This document shows positions 33,473-38,548 of a stretch of DNA of 38,548 nucleotides, in pieces. The stretch's first letter is position 1. Every line of letters begins with the position of its first letter. Under the pieces are notes generated by a model. That model was not told where the DNA came from and searched no databases. It saw only the letters and a program-made list of their open reading frames with translations. Origin of the DNA: a virus (Duplodnaviria > Caudoviricetes). The position numbers and the translations under genes are program-made. The DNA lies in the IMG/VR virus record IMGVR_UViG_3300005326_000034, positions 1 to 38,548 of that record; one strand, 5' to 3'.

Positions 33473-33949
33473 ATGGGAGACGGGTACGACGTCCATCCCC
33501 ACGCTGCGCGCAGGTGGTGCGAGCGCATCCAGCACATCGACAAGCCGTCGCGCGAACAAGTGCAGGCCGCACTGCCGCTCGTGCTCGCCGCGATCACCGC
33601 AGCGCGTCCGACACGTCGACGCCAGTCCAACCACTACGACAAGCGCCGGATCTTCGTGACCGACAAAGGCGTGCACCTGGTCGTGTCGGCCGGGACCGTC
33701 ATAACGACGCTCGACCCCGAGTGGACCGTCTTTCACTGCCCGTGCTGCCACTGCGTGCGCAAGCGCGCAGACGCGATCAAGGCAGGGTCATCGCTGATCG
33801 AGCACAACCCCGACCGGCAGATGATCCACCCCGCCGGCGAGTTCGCCTCGAGGCCACGCTCGCCCAAGCCACGTAAAAAGAGTGCGGCCGAGGCACGCTG
33901 CCGCGCACGGCGCCGCCGGCGCCGACGCGACGACCACGAGAGAGGGTGA
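33473..33949 (+). CDS. Hypothetical protein, possible RelE-like/DUF4258-like fold
   Basis: VHPHAARRWCERI ... LVVSAGTVITTL pattern. Confidence 0.55.
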   Translation: MGDGYDVHPHAARRWCERIQHIDKPSREQVQAALPLVLAAITAARPTRRRQSNHYDKRRIFVTDKGVHLVVSAGTVITTLDPEWTVFHCPCCHCVRKRADAIKAGSSLIEHNPDRQMIHPAGEFASRPRSPKPRKKSAAEARCRARRRRRRRDDHERG

Positions 33950-33956
33950 TGCACTC

Positions 33957-34361
33957 ATGACCGAGACCGAGACCGCGGGCTGCACGGCAGCCAATCCGCC
34001 CGGTATCAAGAGGTACACGCTGGCCGAGTGGCAAGCTGAGTTCGAGCACCTGCTCGGTGTGAAAGATCCATCGGCCGACGATGTGCGCAGGATCACATTC
34101 GTGTGTCCGCGCTGTGAGGAGACGCACTCTGTCGGCGAGTTCGCCGATCACCTCGAGGCGCAAGGCAAGCTCTCGGGTTGGGACCCGAGCGACGCGGCGC
34201 AGAAGTGCTACCACCGTTTCGTCGCCGACGGCGTCTGCGACTGGTGCGCCTTCGGGCTGTTCAAGACACTCGGCAAGGGCGCGGTGATCGTGCACCCGGA
34301 CGGCCACGAGACGGACGTCTTCGCGTTTGGCGCGCCCCTCCCGCCGGCGGTGGCCCGATGA
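33957..34361 (+). CDS. VVA0879-like conserved phage protein
   Basis: FVCPRC, QKCYHRF, CDWCAFGLF, VFAF. Confidence 0.7.
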   Translation: MTETETAGCTAANPPGIKRYTLAEWQAEFEHLLGVKDPSADDVRRITFVCPRCEETHSVGEFADHLEAQGKLSGWDPSDAAQKCYHRFVADGVCDWCAFGLFKTLGKGAVIVHPDGHETDVFAFGAPLPPAVAR

Positions 34362-34669
34362 AGCCCCCGTGTACCGCACCGTGCGACCAGCGCGCGATGC
34401 TCGAGCTCGCGATCGGGGCGATGGTCAACCAGCCGTGCCCGTTCGAGATCGGCGCGCCATTCTCAGGGTCGCTCCACGTCAGCTTCGGCGACGAAGAGTG
34501 CTACGCGCTCCACGCCGCCGCTGAAGGTGACTTCTGCTTCGCCCCGCACTGCCGCGCGTGCATCACCGAGTACCTCGAGGAGGCGATCGAGCCGGATCCG
34601 GCGATCGTGGTTGGAGGTGACGTCTCGTGGGTTGTCAGAGGCACCCCTACATGCACGCCGACGGCCTGA
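34358..34669 (+). CDS. Hypothetical Cys-rich protein
   Basis: ATGA overlap with previous gene. Confidence 0.55.
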   Translation: MKPPCTAPCDQRAMLELAIGAMVNQPCPFEIGAPFSGSLHVSFGDEECYALHAAAEGDFCFAPHCRACITEYLEEAIEPDPAIVVGGDVSWVVRGTPTCTPTA

Positions 34670-34821
34670 TCTACGCCGACGCAGACTCGTGCTCGGGCTG
34701 CTGCCTCAACCACTCGCAGGACTGCGACGGTTGGCGAAAGGCCAAGAAGCGCAACCGCCGCACGGCGAGCATGAAGCCGAAACGGAAGCCGGCCGACGTG
34801 GCCACAACAACGAAGGAGTGA
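34627..34821 (+). CDS. Small Cys-rich hypothetical protein (start uncertain)
   Basis: Fills gap; CSGCC...C; ends with RBS aaggag. Confidence 0.45.
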   Translation: MGCQRHPYMHADGLIYADADSCSGCCLNHSQDCDGWRKAKKRNRRTASMKPKRKPADVATTTKE

Positions 34822-34826
34822 ACCAC

Positions 34827-35144
34827 ATGAAGAAGCTCGTGCTCGTCCTCATCCTGACCGGCCTGGTCGTCCTCCTGGCAGGAGTGGTCGCACACGCGAC
34901 TGAGCCGCCCGTCATGACAGCAGAGATCCAAGTCTATCCCTCGGTGCGCGTAGTGACCGCTACGGGCTTTCAGGGCATCCAAGCGTACAAGAGGCTGGAC
35001 GGCGCGGTCATCGTCTCCTGGTACGGCGCACCGTACACCGTCGACGCATCCGGAGCGAAGCTGCTCTCGTGTGTCCGGGTCGGCAACAAGACGACAGCGA
35101 CCGTCGGCCCGATGGGCTCGTACTTCTACCTCAGGTCGCGGTAG
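34827..35144 (+). CDS. Secreted protein with signal peptide
   Basis: MKKLVLVLILTGLVVLLAGVVAHA-TEPP. Confidence 0.7.
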   Translation: MKKLVLVLILTGLVVLLAGVVAHATEPPVMTAEIQVYPSVRVVTATGFQGIQAYKRLDGAVIVSWYGAPYTVDASGAKLLSCVRVGNKTTATVGPMGSYFYLRSR

Positions 35145-35146
35145 CG

Positions 35147-35947
35147 GTGGAGATCACCCTCAAAGAGGCCCTCGTGGTGATCCTCCTCGGGCTCGTGGCC
35201 ACAGCCGTCATTGCGGTCGCCTGGTTGCGGCCACGCATCACGCGGATCGTCGGCAAAGCCGTAGTGGCAACTGCCGAGGAGCTGAACCTCGGGGTCGGCG
35301 AACACTATACTACTGCGCCCCACGACCTGAGCTACACAGACGCGCAGCGGGTCTACGAGTGGGCGATGACCCACAATGTCACCCCTCTGGAAGCCGCGTA
35401 CGTTCTCGACCTCATCCCCCGCGCCGATGTCCCCGACTGCTCCGAGTGTGGCAACCGCAACGATCTAGTGAACGCGGCGTGGCGCATCGTGGATGAAGCG
35501 CAGCACGAGAGCGAGGAGAGCGACTTCATGCTCATCGAGCCGAAGTACGTTGATGCGCTTGAGGAGATACTGGGCGAGATAACCCCCGACTCCGGCCACT
35601 ACCTAGAGGACAGCGCCCACTACATCCCCCGCGCCGAGCATGACGCCGCTATCGCTGCCGAGCGGGAGAGGGTGGCGGCGTTGGCGGAGGCGGCAGAGTA
35701 CGCAATCCAGGCGCTCATCTGGACGCAGGACTATGTGACGCCGGAGGTTCTCCCTGACATCGCGGGCTGGTCGCACTATGACGCAAGACTGCGCCTCCGC
35801 GCCGCGCTGGACGCCATGTGTCCTCTCAATGCGCTCAACTCGCAGATGGCCGAGGAGAACGTAGCCATCGCCGCCGAGGTACTGCCGGAGTGGGATGAGA
35901 GTGGGGCGGGCGCGACCTCCGGAGGTGTACAGACGTGGCTGAGATGA
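35147..35947 (+). CDS. Hypothetical mosaic protein with N-terminal TM
   Basis: TM helix then acidic domains; open frame in operon. Confidence 0.6.
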   Translation: MEITLKEALVVILLGLVATAVIAVAWLRPRITRIVGKAVVATAEELNLGVGEHYTTAPHDLSYTDAQRVYEWAMTHNVTPLEAAYVLDLIPRADVPDCSECGNRNDLVNAAWRIVDEAQHESEESDFMLIEPKYVDALEEILGEITPDSGHYLEDSAHYIPRAEHDAAIAAERERVAALAEAAEYAIQALIWTQDYVTPEVLPDIAGWSHYDARLRLRAALDAMCPLNALNSQMAEENVAIAAEVLPEWDESGAGATSGGVQTWLR

Positions 35948-36744
35948 TAGGTCCAGCATCGGCCACCCACACCGAAGCCACGCTCACCGAGGCGATCAAG
36001 AAGACGTGGCCGTCCGGTGTCGATCGCCCGCATCACATCGTCGCGGTCCAGGTCAACAACGGCGCGGGCTTCTCGTTCGGCCGCACGCTTGACGCGATCG
36101 TCTTCAACACATGGCCGAGCGAAGGCCTGACGCTTCATGGACTCGAGATCAAGTGCTCTCGGTCCGACCTCCGGCGCGAGCTCCAGGACACGCGTAAGTT
36201 CGCCGAGTTCGCGCCGTACCTCGATCACTTCTCGATCGTCGCCCCCAAGGAGATCGTGAGCAAGCTGGAGATCCCGGACAAGTGGGGCCTCTACCACCCG
36301 ACGGACGACGGACGGCTCAGGGCTGCACGGAAGCCGCTCATGCTCCACACCGAAGGCAGGCGGGAGCAGATGGACCGCTCGCTTGCCGCCGCCTTCGCCC
36401 GCGCTCTCGTGCAGCGATCGCTCGACGGGTCGTTCGCACGGGACGAATACGCCCGCGGTTACGCGGCGGGAGAGAGCCGCACCGCCGAAGAGGTGGCGCG
36501 GGCGGAACAGAATGCCGAGACGCTGAGGCAGGCAATCGCTCAGTTCGAAGAAGAGAGCGGGGTGCGGATCGACAGGTGGAATGGGGCACGCATCGGAGGG
36601 GCGGTCAAGCTGGTGCTGGACGGCAACGTGCTGCACCATCGCCTGAGCCACGCTGGAAGTCTACGCGAGCTTGGCGAAAGGATGATCAAGCTCGCTGGTG
36701 AGTTCGAGGTCCTATCAGCAGCACTGGAGGCGACCGATGGCTGA
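35935..36744 (+). CDS. PD-(D/E)XK-type (MmcB-like) nuclease domain protein
   Basis: RTLDAI...WPS.GL..HGLEIKCSRSDLRRELQD..K, EIPDKWGL. Confidence 0.75.
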   Translation: MAEMIGPASATHTEATLTEAIKKTWPSGVDRPHHIVAVQVNNGAGFSFGRTLDAIVFNTWPSEGLTLHGLEIKCSRSDLRRELQDTRKFAEFAPYLDHFSIVAPKEIVSKLEIPDKWGLYHPTDDGRLRAARKPLMLHTEGRREQMDRSLAAAFARALVQRSLDGSFARDEYARGYAAGESRTAEEVARAEQNAETLRQAIAQFEEESGVRIDRWNGARIGGAVKLVLDGNVLHHRLSHAGSLRELGERMIKLAGEFEVLSAALEATDG

Positions 36745-36937
36745 GTCCACGCTCTTCGAGCGCACCGACACCGACAGGTTCGCCGCCGTGCGCCTGTTCA
36801 TCACCCAAGAGATCAAGCAGCGCCGCCATATGCTCGTGCGTCACCCGGAGCAGGGCGAGTACTGGAGCGGCCGCGTGCAGCAGGCGGAGTCCGCGCTTGC
36901 GGACCTCGAGGCGATGGAGAGCGGGGTGAAGGCATGA
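36737..36937 (+). CDS. Hypothetical protein
   Basis: RBS ggagg; MAESTLFERTD... Confidence 0.6.
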   Translation: MAESTLFERTDTDRFAAVRLFITQEIKQRRHMLVRHPEQGEYWSGRVQQAESALADLEAMESGVKA

Positions 36938-37380
36938 GCTCCTCACTGGAGTACAGAGAGGCGCCTCTTAGACGACGGCTCCACACGCTTCCATTGTCAG
37001 GTGAACTGCACGTCCGTACCGATATCGTCACCTGCGAAATGCGCTGCGTCATCGCCCAGGCGATAGCGATCTGGCGTGGTGACCATGCGCCCGTCGAGGT
37101 ACACCAGGCCGCGATGCAGATCCGGCGCAGACTCCTCTTAGGCCAGGCCGATGACTATATGTTGCGCGCCATTCTACAGACCCACATGGTCGACCAGGTC
37201 ATGACGCGTTGTGCAGGTCGGCTGCGACACTTTTCGGCGATCGATGCGTACGGCATCTGGTGGATCGCTCCTGATGAGGGGCGCGCTGCGGCGCTGGCTG
37301 TGGCGTACAAGGAGCAATTCGACCGCCGCGCGGAGTACCTGGCGCTTACGTCGGGTGGGCTCACTGAGGTGAAGGCATGA
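36934..37380 (+). CDS. Hypothetical protein flanked by 15-bp direct repeats
   Basis: ATGA overlaps at both ends; more A/T-ending codons. Confidence 0.55.
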   Translation: MSSSLEYREAPLRRRLHTLPLSGELHVRTDIVTCEMRCVIAQAIAIWRGDHAPVEVHQAAMQIRRRLLLGQADDYMLRAILQTHMVDQVMTRCAGRLRHFSAIDAYGIWWIAPDEGRAAALAVAYKEQFDRRAEYLALTSGGLTEVKA

Positions 37381-37640
37381 GCGCCCCCTGCCCTCGCTGC
37401 GGTCGAACGGACTACGAGCTATTGCTGACGAAGTCGGGCAATCAGATTTACGTACATCCATTAAGGTCGGACGGCCGGATCGCAGTCTCGTCCGTCTGCT
37501 TCTCGGCGGAGGCGCTCGCCGAGAGCTTACTCCTGCTCCGCAGAAGAGCTGCCATGGCGCTGCACCTGGAGCACCAGCAGACTCTCGGCCTTAGGGCTCA
37601 GCCGCCCTTGACGCCGTTTCGGGGGGTGAAGCTCAACTGA
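37377..37640 (+). CDS. Hypothetical zinc-ribbon protein
   Basis: MSAPCPRCG; last gene before non-coding gap. Confidence 0.5.
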   Translation: MSAPCPRCGRTDYELLLTKSGNQIYVHPLRSDGRIAVSSVCFSAEALAESLLLLRRRAAMALHLEHQQTLGLRAQPPLTPFRGVKLN

Positions 37641-37840
37641 CACACGCTACGCCCCTGCACTGACATAAGCATCGACCCTCCTAGAAAACCCCAGGTCAGA
37701 GCATGCATAGGGGTAGGGGGGTCGATTCTTTCCGCCGTGCGCCCCGAAACCTCGACAGCCTGCGCCAGAGACACTCGCCCGAAATTGGAGATTCACGGGG
37801 CTATCCGGTGTGACGTTTTCTATGCACTTTGTTACGAATC
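37641..37840. other. Non-coding region likely containing the packaging (cos) site/genome end
   Basis: Non-coding gap between the early region and the terminase unit; contains AAAACCCCAGGTCAGA and GGGGTAGGGGGGTC. Confidence 0.5.
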
Positions 37841-37867
37841 GGGAGACACGCCCCGCACGCTCAGTCC
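37766..37867 (+). promoter_or_regulatory. Tandem GAGACAC-box promoters for the packaging operon
   Basis: CAGAGACAC-tcgccc-GAAATT (37766-37786) and GGGAGACAC-gccccg-CACGCT-6 nt-ATG (37841-37868). Confidence 0.68.
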
Positions 37868-38269
37868 ATGAGCGAGACCTTCGACAAGTGCCGCCGACCA
37901 GGTTGCGAGAACGCCGTCACGCAACCTAGCCGCGGACGTCGGCGCGAGTACTGCTCTCCGGCTTGCAAGCAGGCGCACTTCCGCGCCCGGCAGGTCGTCG
38001 AGGTCGCGCCTCCGCCACCGGTCCGGACGCCGTTCGCGGGTCCTCCGCCCGAAGACGCCGTCGGCGGGCTCCTCTTCGGCGTCCAGGGCACGAGCGATGA
38101 GCAGCTTGTCGGCGCCATCCTCCAGACCCAGGCGCTCATCCAGCAGTACAGCAGGCTCGCTCGGGACGCGCGCGGTCAGTTCGCGTGGCGGGCCCAGGGC
38201 ATGGCCGAGGATCTCACCGCGGCTCTTGGCCGCTACTTCGGAGAGGCGGTCGACGGTGACCAAGGGTAG
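37868..38269 (+). CDS. Zinc-finger protein (CGNR-like) preceding terS
   Basis: MSETFDKCRRPGC...GRRREYCSPACKQAHFRAR; leaderless ATG. Confidence 0.7.
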   Translation: MSETFDKCRRPGCENAVTQPSRGRRREYCSPACKQAHFRARQVVEVAPPPPVRTPFAGPPPEDAVGGLLFGVQGTSDEQLVGAILQTQALIQQYSRLARDARGQFAWRAQGMAEDLTAALGRYFGEAVDGDQG

Positions 38270-38548
38270 GAAAGTGGATCCCACTCGAGTAGACCGGCAC
38301 ACCGGTCACCGGGCGCTGCCCGGCGAGCAGAAGCCGCCCGAGCTGCCGCCGACGGCCGCGATCGTCGAGTCGGCGCTCGCCGCGCCGCCGGCGTGGATCC
38401 CGGCGCCGGCACATGACATCTGGCACCGCGCCGTCGACGAGCTGATCGCGCTCCGGACCGTACACGAGTCCGACCTGCCGCTGATCGAGCAGCTGGTCTT
38501 CGCCGCCTACATCTACCGCCGCGCCGCTATGGAGCTCGAGGCCATGTC
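38256..38548 (+). CDS. terS: Terminase small subunit (5' part; continues through junction to 346)
   Basis: GTG after ggagagg; no stop to the window end; frame continuous via the terminal repeat. Confidence 0.88.
   Translation, partial: MTKGRKVDPTRVDRHTGHRALPGEQKPPELPPTAAIVESALAAPPAWIPAPAHDIWHRAVDELIALRTVHESDLPLIEQLVFAAYIYRRAAMELEAM
38426..38548. repeat. Terminal direct repeat copy 2
   Basis: Identical to 1-123. Confidence 0.97.

Noticed and set aside
33473-33949. Toxin-antitoxin pair
   Set aside because: Only a weak RelE-like pattern and no identifiable antitoxin; cannot be supported by eye.

Overview
The window is a complete, circularly assembled temperate siphovirus genome of about 38,425 bp unique sequence: nt 1-123 repeat exactly as 38426-38548, and the terminase small subunit reads through the junction. 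It is GC-rich and the host is probably actinobacterial (inference). Gene order: terS/terL, Sm-like gene, portal, ClpP protease, HK97-type capsid, a 4.7-kb insert (glycosyltransferase, beta-helix protein and others), head-tail and tail genes with a -1 frameshift chaperone, tape measure, tail tip, NlpC/P60 endolysin, a leftward membrane gene, attP, tyrosine integrase, repressor, cro/xis, replication initiator with internal origin, and a long early region (HNH, ERF, SLT, LexA-NTD, RusA, holin-like, SSB, mini beta-clamp, ParB). Two non-coding signals stand out. (1) Eight copies of a strictly spaced motif, (G/C)(G/A)GAGACAC-N6-nAnnnT, sit in front of the packaging, capsid, tail-tube and lysis units and at attP. 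It looks like a late-promoter class built on the GACAC box known for the host cell-division regulator WhiA. (2) attP carries the 5' half, not the usual 3' half, of a tRNA-Leu(CAA) gene plus a candidate phage promoter, which implies a promoter swap on integration. All protein calls come from motif recognition by eye; no searches were run.
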